Program-made: the position numbers and the translations under genes
Origin: Thalia democratica
Lineage: Eukaryota
Direction of reading: 5' to 3'
Assembly (NCBI GenBank): GCA_965202585.1
Contig: OZ241830.1
Location: forward strand, 372,001 to 436,000
Length of the DNA stretch: 64,000 nucleotides
Notes under the pieces: generated by a model
What the model saw: only the letters and a program-made list of their open reading frames with translations
What the model was told of the DNA's origin: nothing
The model's database searches: none
Part shown: positions 53,201-64,000 of the stretch, piece by piece
Position numbering within the stretch: the stretch's first letter is position 1
Layout: every line of letters begins with the position of its first letter

Positions 53201-56200
53201 CATCATTAGGATTTCCGTTCGCATTTCCGCATAAACCTAAATAAAAAATTATAAGTTTATAAAATTTTTAAGTTTTCAAAAGATAAGATTAGACTTATTT
53301 TTATTAAACAGACAATTATATCCGAAAACTTTTCACTTGCAATATTGTTTACAAACTAAATGCAAACAAAAACCTTCAACGGCCCCGGAATAATCACTGG
53401 AAACCCCAACTTCGAGCAAATGGTCCCCATCGTACCTGACCGTCAACCCGAAACTGGTCAGTATTCTCACAATGCGGCCCTGCAGCCCAATCTCAAGTCC
53501 GTGTTTTTGCAGGCTTCCCCACGGAAAATTGATTGAAACCCCGTTTTTCTATTGGTTTTAATATTGAAATTTAGTACATGAATTATGTTTTAAATAATTT
53601 TATACTGAATAATAATTGTTAAACCTGCAGTTTTGTAACGCACAAAATGGTAATAAGTTTATTTGAAGAAACGTTTTTATTTATTATATTCGTACAGCAT
53701 TTAATTCAAATTAACTAGCAATTTTATTTAGCAAATTTAAAGAAAGCTTAAAAGAAGAACTAAGTAAGCTGTTAGTATCTAAACTTATAAACTATTTTAA
53801 TTTATAATTAAAATAAGCTAAAACACGAGAGTTCAACAGAACTGTTGTTTTATTGTACCTTTTCATAATCATTTTCAAAAGAAACAATAGAAACAACATA
53901 CAAGGATCCTAGGTCCCTTCCTGAGTTCGAGGACGTAGTTAGGAATCCTGACAGTAGCTTTCTTCAACCAGGTACCAATCATAACACCGAATCTGTACTC
54001 GTTCTCTGTCTGTTTGAATACAATTATTTTGTTTAATGTAAAACAAGAAATTAGTTTATAAATGATAGAATCTTTTGTTGGTATATGATTGCTAACCTAT
54101 GCTTTTTCATTTTTAATTAGTTTATCTTTTTTTTGCTTTCAAAACTAACTTCAACTTTGAAATTAGTGAGGAATTTTCCTTCTTCTGTCTCCAATACATC
54201 TTCCCTGACTTTTACGAGATCGTACAAGCATTTACCCTGGTAATCGAACTGGGTTCCATCAAACGAATTGTAGTGGGGATCTCCTGACAGTGAACACCAT
54301 CTCTGTTGCCCGTAGTTTCCTAAATAAATTATATTTTATTTTTTCTGTACTTGGAAATGTTAAGTTTTATTGATAGAGGAAGGTATCTATTATATAACTT
54401 TTAATACAAAACTTTGATAGTTGATTGGTAAAATTAGTTACTTAACTGTTCCGTCTTTATATATTGTGAAGCTTCTTATTTAGCTAAATATTATTTATAA
54501 TTTATAAGTTTTCGACTAAAAAACCGAAATTAAGTATTATTTATTTAAAATTCAACGAAAATACGGTAAAACACATTTAAACACAATCTTTACACTTTAT
54601 CTTTATTACGTTTACACCTTATTACATCTAAAATTTAAAGATAATGTAACATTTTGTCTTTTTCAATAAAAAAAAAAGTTGCAATTGTTTTTATCAAATC
54701 AAAAAGTAGGAATTTCATCAATCCTCGAAATATTAAACGCATATTAGTTATATTTATATGTTTAATTGCCTCAAACAAATCAAACCAACTGGAACAAATA
54801 GGCATTGCATCACTCCACGAAAATTACAAGGAATAATTATAGTTGTTTATTTATACATATTTTTTACTTAAATCAAACCAACTGGAACAAATAGGCATTG
54901 GGTCACTCCAAACACCATTCTGCATACAGACAAGTTCATGCTTGCCAATCATCGAGTATCCGTACGCGCACTCAACATACAACCTGTCCCCCTGCATGTA
55001 CGGTCCCGTTGATTTTATCATCCCTCTCGTTGGCACCTCTGGTGTCGGACATTCCAGCACTGTTGGAAGTTTAGTAAGTAGTTTCATAAGTATGCTTGGT
55101 TGTTGTTTTGATACAACGAAATTTTTACTATTTGAAATAGAAACCTTGTTACAATACATTCGAACGTTATAGGATGTACTAAATGTTTTGTGGATAAAGA
55201 GCTCTATGATAAAGTTTTATATTATATAAAATCTGTTAATTTAATTAAAAAGTAAACTAGATAAAGTATAACACATATATAACATAGGAGTTCATTAAGT
55301 CAGTAGTATAGATAATGAAAAACACGGTTTAGTTTTAAAAAGAATAAAAACGCTTACGTTTGAGAGTTATATAAAATAAAAAGTACAAGCACCTTTAGTA
55401 ATAGAAAAGATCTATACGCAACAACTGTAATAAAGTTGAACAATGATCAGTACTTACTAATCAGTATTGAAAACTAACAGAGACAGTCAAGTCCTTGTAG
55501 CAGGTATCCTTCTGCGCACGCACAAGTGAAACTTCCAATTGTGTTTGCACAAACTTCCCCTTCATCGCATATGACGTTGCTTGTTTCACATTCATTTATG
55601 TCTGAAAAATGATGAGAATTTTCATCTAAACTGTATTGTTTTTAATGTTGCACTTTGACAACTATGGGTTGACTTAAATTTAAAAATTAAACTATTTTTA
55701 TCATTACATTACTTGTTTCACATTCATTTATGTCTGAAAATGATGAGAATTTTCATTTAAACATTATTATTTTTAAGGTTGCAATTTGACAACTATGGGT
55801 TAACTTAAATTTCAAAATAGAAATTTTCTTTCATTACATTACTTGTTTCACATTCATTTATGTCTGAAAATGATGAGAATTTTCATATATATAAACTTTA
55901 TTATTTTTAATGTTACACTTTGACAACTATGGGTTAAATTAAATTTCAAAATTAAAAATTTTTCTTTCATTACATTACTTGTTTCACATTCATTTATGTC
56001 TGAAAAATGATGAGAATTTTCATATATATAAACTTTATTATTTTTAATGTTACACTTTGACAACTATGGGTTAAATTAAATTTCAAAATTAAAAATTTTT
56101 CTTTCATTACATTACTTGTTTCACATTCATTTATGTCTGAAAAATGATGAGAATTTTCATAACTTTATTATTTTTAAGGTTGCACTTTGAAAACTATGGG

Positions 56201-59200
56201 TTAACTTAAATTTCAAAATAAAAATTTTCTTTCATTACATTACTTGTTTCGAATTCATTTATGACTGTGAATGTATTAACGATATTATTGATTAACACCC
56301 GTATGTGTATGAATAAAAAAAAAACATTTACATCTTTTATAGCAAAAAGGTCATTGTTTTAAATGTTAGTCTTCGTCATTTACTAGATAAACAATCTACT
56401 TAACGACAAAACTTTGCCTTTAGTAAATTGTTAAACTTTTTTATTTTACCTTCTAAAAATTTTTCGTCACAAAAAAAAGTACAAAACATATAAATTTCAA
56501 GAACTCCATCACTTATTTAAATTTCAAACAAAATCCAACCATCACAGTAAGACTGAATTCTGTTGGACCAGGTACCATCAGGCCTGCAGGTCAATGTGTC
56601 GCCGGACATGAGTTGGAATCCTGGTCTGCAACTGAACGTGACCGTCGACCCGACCCCGTAACTCCCATCATCGCTTGATTGGGCGAATCCGTTGAACGGC
56701 GCGCTTATCCGGTCACATCTGATCTCTGTTTGATGAATTTTTTTGATTGTATGTAAAAACTGAAAAAAAAAATATTACGGAAAATTCTAAATATGTGATA
56801 CAACAACAAATTAATGTCGTTGTCTCAATAAGAAGACCCGACGTGATGTCTATTGTAACCAATCTAAATTGCTAGGGGTAATTAATTGGGGATAGATATT
56901 TTTAGATAAGATAAATACATCTAAGATACTTAAAAGTCAACAAAAGTTTATTTACAAACATAAAGTAGTCACACGACACACTAACAAAACAACAGTTGAA
57001 CACAAGTAACAAGAAGTATCTTAAACTAAAGAAAACAAAGTATTTCAGATTTAAACTTAAACATTTTATAATACAACATTTCGAGCTTTACCAAACACCT
57101 GATACTGCTACTGCTACTGCAAGTAAAATTCCGTTTTATAAGCACTGAAATAAATGTAACTCCTTTAAGTAAACAATGTTGTTTATTGTTTTAGAAAATT
57201 GTTTTAAGAGTTATAAAAATTGTTTTGGAAAAGCTTGTTTTGAAAATGCTGAAAAATGTTTTGGAAAAGCTTTTATTGTTACAAAAAATTTCATATTTAT
57301 TCACAAGCTTTAAAATACTAAAATGAAATGTTAGTTTCATTACATCGTTTAAGTGCAATTAGACGTTTTATAAGTATAGTTTTTTTCTACATCATTAACA
57401 AAAGTATACAAGTTGATACAACATGTTTATCCTTACAAACTTCAAATTTGTTCAACGAAACTCGTTTAAGTATTTAATTCGTTTATTTTTACGTTACAAC
57501 GTTCTAGTTTATTCAAAATAAACTCAAATAAATATTACAAACCGTCACATTGAGGAGGAGGAGCCCAATTTCCATCATTTTCACACCTAACACTCATGTC
57601 CTCCTCACTACCTTCGAACCCCTCCAAACACTCATACAGGACCTGGTGGTCGTCCAAATACGTGAAGTTGCCGTTCTTTATGTTAGGGGGTTCCCCACAG
57701 TCTATTTCTGTTTGTTTATTGATTGTTGTTTAGAAAGTGTCGTTTTAAATGTCGTTAAAAAATTAAAAGAGTACACTCTCATATAACTGGTAAGATGTTT
57801 TAGTTAATATAAATTCTCAGTGAGAATGGTTTTGGTATTCTAAACTTAGATGCATATACAAAAAGTATGTGTTTTAAGTACAATTATTAACAGTTTTATT
57901 AATTTTTAAAAATGTTCTCAGTAAGTTATTGTCACTTACAGGACTACAAAACTAAACTAAAAAGTTGTTTAGAAAAAAGTAACATGAAATTTAATAGTTT
58001 CAAGTTTATGTTTTTGTTTTAAGTTAATTTTAAAATTACTTTGAAGTGATATATATAAACCAAAAGATGCTTGTAAAATCAGTTAATTTTATGAAAATCT
58101 TGTAAAGTTTAACTTACTGATGCACTTGGGGGGATCTGACCAGTTGCCCTCAAAATCGCATATGACGTCATCGTTACCCTCCATATTGTACCCGTCGTCA
58201 CACTTGTAAACAGCTGATTTCTCGTCGCTGGACAAAACAAACTCAGCGTTCTTCACATTCGGTGGATCCCCGCATTCGATCTCTGTTTAGTTTTTATCTA
58301 GTACACAAACTTCAAATGATAAAAATATCATTCTTATTCTAGTACGTTGAAGTTTTGTATTTGACTGTTTTTTTAAAGCTTTAAAAATGTTACTTAGAGT
58401 TAGAAGTATTACAAGTTCTAAAGTGTAGTATATAAATGTAATGAACGATTTATAAGTTTGTTATACTGTAAATAGCTTTAAAATTTATTGAAAGAATTTA
58501 ATAAATATAATTTCTCCTCTAGAAGTTGAGATATTTTATTAGTTTCCGAAAAATCAAAACGTATAACACTGTAAACAGAATAAACTCTTAAGAACATAGT
58601 TTAGTGCACAGTTTCAATCTTAAACGGTCTAAGACGAAGCTTAATCAAAAAAACAACGTATATAAAAACAGTTTTAGCCAACTTGACTATAAATATTTTA
58701 TGAAGTTTTTCAGTTGAATTAAGATAAATATTTCCTAACCAAAAGTACAAAAGCCAAAAATATAGTAAACAACAACTTGAACCCACCAACGCACTGGGGC
58801 TGATCTTCGTATTTGAAATCTCCGTCTTCATCGCAAACAGCATCATCGGATCCCACCAATTGCTTGCCAGGCTCACAAGACATAAACACCTGATTGTCGA
58901 CGTTGAATTCTTCTTGCGTCACTTCATCGTTGTTCTCGTCTAAGATCAGCACTCCAGGGAAGTCAGGACGCTTGCACAAGATCTCTGTTGGGAGTTTTTG
59001 TTGAGCATTATTTACAAAACGTAAATAGGTATGGTATAATCAAATTAATGTTTTTATGTAGCTTTTTAGATAAAAGAAAACAAAAAAACTCACAAAATAC
59101 TTGTTTCACTTAAATTACACCGATACGTATAGCAGATAAAAATAACAAGTTGGCAAGCGTATGAAAACGTATTGTGTTAATTGTTGAAAGTCTTACAAAG

Positions 59201-62200
59201 CAAAGCTTTTTTAGCTTAAACCACAAAAAATAGTTGACACATTAGGAAGTTTTGAGCAGCCTAAGTATTACAAATATTATAATGTTATTACTGTAACTTT
59301 ATAAGAACAAGAAAAAGTTTTTGTTTGTTTAACTTTACTTGGCTTTTATCATAATTAACACACATATAGAACAAGTAACATAGAAAAATAAACTAAGGTA
59401 TATCTTAAAAACTCAGAAACACTTCTTTTTGGAACAAACCTTCACAAACAGGGAAGTCATTGGAGTAATCGCCGGATTCAGTGCAAGTTACAGTCTCCAG
59501 CGAGGGATCGTTCATCTTGTATCCTCTCAAACAAGAGTACTCGATCGAATCTCCGATTGAATTGAATCCATCAACGTTCTCAGGATTCCTTGTTGAGTTG
59601 GGGACATCTGGCACTTCTCCGCATTTTATCTCTGAAATACAAGCTTGTTTTTGCAACTTAATTTGTTAGTTTTTGTTCTACTACAGCAGTTCTTTAAAAA
59701 CTTGTAGTTTGTGGTTCTTATTAGAAGCTAAAAAAAAAACCACGAAAAATCTATTTAGATCTTAAAATCTCTTCACACATTTAGTAATTTTTACGCTTGT
59801 TTAAGCCTCAAGATGCGTTTGATACAAAAAAGATCGTAAAAAAAAACAACAACACGCACCTTCACAAGTAGGATATTCTTCAATGTCGAAAGTTCCATCC
59901 TCAGTGCAATTATAAGGTCCAGGGAATCCTTTCAACTCGTAACCTTCATCACAATAAAAAGTGACGTTTTCAAATACTTCATAATCATCAGCTAGCGGAT
60001 CGTAATAACCGTTTGTTATATTTTCCGGCTGCTCACAGAACACATCGGAGTAATCATTTCCACTAAAATCAAAACTTGGGTCTTCTGTGTAAAAAAATAT
60101 TAAAAAGGTTAAGGTTGTCTTTTTTTATAATTTTAATACTTTATCAATATGTTAATAAACATAAAAAGTTTGAAATTATTAATATTTTTCACGCTAAAAA
60201 TCTAAATGGCATAATCAACCAAATTACTTTTACAATTAGGATTCGGTCCCTGTATTTCAACCATCCCGTCTGCCGTACAAGTACCGTTGGACGTCCCATT
60301 TACAATCAGCCCTGTGGGACATTTGAAGTGGACCACATCTCTGTACTTGATGGTCTCAACATTAACCGAACTGTTCGGACTGTTTGTCACATTCACTTGT
60401 TTGTCGTCAAACATCGGTAAGTCGCATTCAATTTCTGTGAGAGAGTTAAATAAAATAATTAGATTTTTGTATATGCTTAATTACTTAAAAAATACTTATT
60501 TTTTATTAGCATTGAACGTGGCCTGATTTTTAGTAAGTTGCAGCTGTAGATTTACTTAATACCAAAAATAAAGCATTTTTTCACAAACTACAAATGGAGT
60601 TATAAAGTCAGCACTGTGTTGACATTTTGTTTCAAAGTATTTGAGCAAAAGTTTAATTTGGTTCGGTGTATTAGAAATCAGATATTATATATTTCAAAAT
60701 AGTATTTAACTTATAAGTATAATTGTCAACCTTCGCAAGTGTCGTCTTGATTTCTCGTATAACCTTCTTCGCATTGGCAAATGAAACTGCCAACAGAGTT
60801 CATGCAAACTTCATTTGATCCACAAACGTCTTCATCACATTCATTTATATCTGAATAAATGTTTATAAATAAAAACAGAAATAATAACATTTTATAACAT
60901 CTATAACATTAAGAATTAAAAAACTTTGATTTTGTAAATTTCAGCACGTTAAACCTTTCAGAGTCTTACAGTCTACTTTAAAGTTGATATTAAAACATAC
61001 TTACATAAATTTTGAATTATAAATATTCTCACCATTGCAAGTAGGCATGTCTTCGTGTACATCTAGTTGTTCATCTTCAGTGCAAACAGAAGAATCTGAT
61101 CCGTCCAACAAGAATCCCTCATCACACTCGAAATCAACTACGTCGTTGTAACTGACAAATGATGGAAGTTGTATTTGTTCGTTGTTGTTTGTTGCTTTCA
61201 TGTTTGCCATCATCGGCACTTTGCACTTGATTTCTGAGATTTTGTTTATAATTAGCAAACTTGAAAATTACACTTTACTTAATAACTGTAAGGTTCATTA
61301 TTTCATGCATGTAAATAAAATGATTGGATATTCGTTTAAAACAAAAAAATAATTGTGAAAGCTTAAGTGGGTTTAAAGCATGGAAAATCCAATAGACTTG
61401 ATTTCCATCTTGTTTTATGTAAATTTAAAAAACTTTTAAACTTACATTTTTAAAACTTTTAATTAAGACTTAACACTTTATATTAATAAAATTAACTTCG
61501 GCTACAGAATTATAAAAACATCCGAATACACCAGAAGAACAACCTATACATTCTCCTTTTGTGGGTGTAAAAGTTTCATCTCTCTGACAAACAGAAGTTT
61601 CGTCGCCAACGTATTTGTACCCCTCGTCACACGTCAGGTGTATCACGCTATCTAGCGGTAACATTTCTACAGATTCATCGAACTTGTTTCCTTTATCGTC
61701 GACAATCAGGATTCCTCCGTCGAAAATCGGGAGGAGACACTCGATCTCTGAAAGTTTATGAAACTAGTTGAAGAAGTTTGCAGTGAGTTGTTGACACTGA
61801 TGAAAAACATGCTCGTATGTGTTTGTAACGAGTATGAATAGTTTCTGTACTTGATTGTAATTTTTATATTTTAAGCAAAGCTTTAAAACATTTGTTAGTT
61901 TTTTATATTCATTTATAATATGGTTTTTAAGTTAAAAATCTATTTTTGATTGTGCCTCGTTAAAGTTTAAAAAACTAAAGGTTATAAAAATATTTAGAGT
62001 TTCATTTTTAAGTATTTTTATATAATATTTTTTGTTTAGTATCTAATTAATAAGTATTCTACTAACCAATACATTGTGGAAAAAACTTCAATTTGAATCC
62101 TTCATCCAAACAAACAGCAGATTCACTTCCCACAAACTTGTGCTTATCATCCGGACATCCGAAAAACACTTCCCTGTTGTACGCGAAAGTAGGGTTTTCC

Positions 62201-63719
62201 CCACGATCGAGAACAACGCCCTGGTCGTCCAACACTTGCACTTTTTCGCCCAATCTCGGGTACAGACATCTTATTTCTATTGGTTTAAAGCTTTAGTTTT
62301 AATCATATACTTACGTTTTTCTGTGTATGATTATGGCGGCGTCGGTGATATTAAATTTTATTACATATTGATTATATACAGTTTGAAACAAGTATAATGT
62401 GTTAGTGGTTTACTGAATCAATATTTTTGGTTAGTTTTGACGTCAATTACAACATAAATATTAAACTCAACAAAACATTCGACTTGATTAGAAATTAGTC
62501 AAAAATAATTAATTCGTTTTTAATTTTTTTATTACATTTTTTTTTTCTGCTTTAGTTTTATTCTTGTAGTTTTTCAAATCAGCCTATACAGCAACAAGTC
62601 ACAAACAAAATCAGTTCAATCACATTCATTCCATGCATTTTAATAGAAAATTTCAAATAATTTGTGTTACAGAGGTCAAACAATTACACTTTTCTAAGTT
62701 TTCTTACCTTTTTTGAAGTTCGTTGCAGTACTGTGATTCAAGTTTTTTTTTCAAGTTAAGTATCATTGAAATGTTAAGTTTCTTTACTTAAATTTTTTAA
62801 CGAACGCTTCAAATGGTTACAACTTTAGGTTTGTAATTTTGGTTTATGTACATGTAAACTAATAAAAAAAGCTTTGAACATTAATAAGACGAAATAGATT
62901 AAAAGGACAAAATTTGTAAAGCTTAAAGTTGTTTTTGTCGTATATTTTAATTTTAAAAGTAAACATTTAAAACCAAGTTAAGATTTTATGAAGAATCTAA
63001 TATGTGTTATATACCAGCACACTGGGGTAGATCCTGGTGGTGATAATCAAAATTCATGTCCTCATCGCACGACGCGTTCATGCTTCCGACCAATTCCCAT
63101 CCCTCATCATTACACTCGAACTTCACCACATCTCCATACTTGTAAGTGTCATCTTCACTCTGCACATTTCCATTTTCATCCACTACCACAACTCTATCAT
63201 CGACTAACACTGGGTACTTACACACTATTTCTGTTAAAGTTTGTTAATTTTTACGTAGTTACCTTTGAACGGTGAACAAAAATTTCTGCTGTTTTCTAGA
63301 TAAAATATGAAGTGTTTTTGAATTTCAAGAACACTGATTTATGTTGTGGTAACTAACTTTACTTGACTTTCCAAATAAGTGAAAACAAAGTTATTCGAAC
63401 AAATTTTTCTAAAAGTTTACTTTTGTAAGATTGATTACAGTTCTTTTACACATTCTAAACCAAAATGTAAAAAAACTCTTATAAATTGTCATACCTTCAC
63501 AACTGGGATACTCGTCAATATCAAAAACAGTTTCTTTAGTGCAATTATAAGGACCTGGATATCCATTTAACTTATATCCTTCATCACAGAAGTAAGTAAT
63601 GTTTGAATAAATATCATAAAATTCATTTAATGGTTCGTAATAACCATTTGTTATATTATTTGGTGGTTCGCAAAACTCGTCAGAGTAATCGTTACCAGTG
63701 AAATCGAAGTCTGGGTCTT
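44963..63719 (-). CDS. CILP-like: Large extracellular mosaic protein: sushi(13)-cbEGF(2)-VWD-C8-TIL-TILa-CILP C-terminal region; 5'-incomplete (continues beyond 64000)
   Basis: 36 GT-AG exons in consistent phase (minus strand, high to low): 63495-63719, 63015-63230, 62067-62276, 61544-61747, 61033-61233, 60731-60850, 60228-60434, 59860-60084, 59440-59631, 58787-58984, 58118-58282, 57543-57707, 56540-56725, 55479-55601, 54883-55059, 54150-54319, 53902-54009, 53374-53548, 53119-53236, 52737-52881, 52379-52508, 52089-52196, 51554-51648, 50828-50972, 50043-50231, 49757-49841, 49452-49632, 48929-49141, 48443-48604, 48149-48262, 47790-47898, 47043-47234, 46444-46663, 45985-46111, 45464-45594, 44963-45230. 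Sum 5999 nt, one open frame ending at TGA 44963-44965. Confidence 0.88.
46978..47031. repeat. 27-bp tandem duplication in intron
   Basis: AACAGGAAACTTTTTGAAACAAA(T/C)AAC x2. Confidence 0.9.
50828..52881 (-). CDS. C8 + TIL + TILa (VWC-like) domains, 5 exons
   Basis: C8: [29 protein letters not shown]...[14 protein letters not shown]: [18 protein letters not shown]...[19 protein letters not shown]. TILa: [28 protein letters not shown]. This is the FCGBP/tectorin/zonadhesin-type repeat unit. Confidence 0.9.
51237..51577. repeat. About 190-bp degenerate tandem duplication reaching into the TIL exon 3' end
   Basis: TAAGTAAATACCAACTGTG.ATTTTAAACAAAAAA at 51237 and 51427; ATCCATTATAAAC at 51373-51385 and 51565-51577. 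Confidence 0.8.
53119..54319 (-). CDS. von Willebrand factor type D (VWD) domain, 4 exons
   Basis: [29 protein letters not shown]...[39 protein letters not shown] carries the VWD hallmark motifs GDPHY-x-x-FDG and GLCGN. Confidence 0.93.
54777..54910. repeat. 41-bp direct duplication of a sushi exon 3' end plus donor
   Basis: 54777-54817 vs 54870-54910: 31 nt identical, 39/41 overall, offset 93 nt. Confidence 0.9.
54883..63719 (-). CDS. Array of 13 sushi/CCP exons plus 2 calcium-binding EGF exons (all phase 1-1 modules)
   Basis: Each sushi exon has the four-Cys C-x-x-P...C..G(Y/F).L.G...C...C pattern, e.g. [16 protein letters not shown]...[22 protein letters not shown]. cbEGF exons are [31 protein letters not shown] (60731-60850) and [33 protein letters not shown] (55479-55601). 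All exon lengths are multiples of 3. Confidence 0.92.
55581..56267. repeat. Tandem array, about 5.2 units of 128-137 bp, each containing the cbEGF exon acceptor and its first codons
   Basis: Units start at 55581, 55713, 55843, 55979, 56116 and 56244 (TTGTTTCACATTCATTTATGTCTGAAAAATGATGAGAATTTTCAT...; the last copy is diverged). Confidence 0.95.
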
Positions 63720-64000
63720 CTGTTTTTGTAATGGTAATGGTTTTTCAAAATTTAGTATTTATACTAAAAAAATTATGAAGCTTAAAAAGCTGTTGATATG
63801 AAAAGGTAACTTATTATTCCAAAAAAGTATTATTTTAAAAACTAATTGAACGGTGTTTTCTTTTATACTGAAAAGAGCCCAACTAAGTAAGTAAAGATAC
63901 ATACGCTTTAAAAGTTTAACAAACGATTCAGAAACAAAAAGAAACAATGGGCCATACTCTTAATGAAATTTGTTATATGATTTTACATTTTACAAATTTA

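Noticed and set aside
55581-56267. Regular repeat array as a possible CRISPR
   Set aside because: Whole units are near-identical with no unique spacers, they contain exon sequence, and the context is eukaryotic.
57092-57144. Candidate small exon (TTTCAG...CAG|GT) in the sushi array
   Set aside because: 46 or 53 nt, breaks phase 1-1, and encodes no module.
62585-62635. Possible decayed cbEGF exon (NECD*TDFVCD)
   Set aside because: Only about 12 nt match, no acceptor, in-frame stop; chance cannot be excluded.
54883-63719. Naming the gene SVEP1, C4BP/CR1, alpha-tectorin or zonadhesin
   Set aside because: Each explains only part of the architecture; none includes the CILP region.

Overview
This is an AT-rich (roughly 25% GC by eye), intron-rich animal genomic window. 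It is probably from a tunicate, inferred from gene content, TGACGTCA enrichment and low GC; this was not verified. I could reconstruct two minus-strand genes by hand with consistent GT-AG sites and reading phase. (1) 44963 to beyond 64000: the 3' 36 exons (about 2,000 codons) of a very large extracellular protein. It has 13 sushi/CCP modules, 2 Ca-binding EGF modules, a VWD-C8-TIL-TILa block, and then the post-Ig, C-terminal part of cartilage intermediate layer protein (CILP). I do not know this architecture from any described gene. (2) 7723-34965: a 10-exon, about 402-aa FAM117/GLCCI1 family gene with multi-kb introns. Other notable signals: 33 of 44 donor sites are GTT (T at +3); 14 perfect TGACGTCA palindromes, some inside codons and some abutting 3' splice AGs; three duplications that copy exon edges with their splice sites; a foldback/Mutator-like MITE with a 9-bp TSD; a roughly 450-bp inverted repeat; and a 22-bp intronic hairpin. 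No rRNA, tRNA or CRISPR was seen. Homology calls rest on recalled human sequences, not on a database search.
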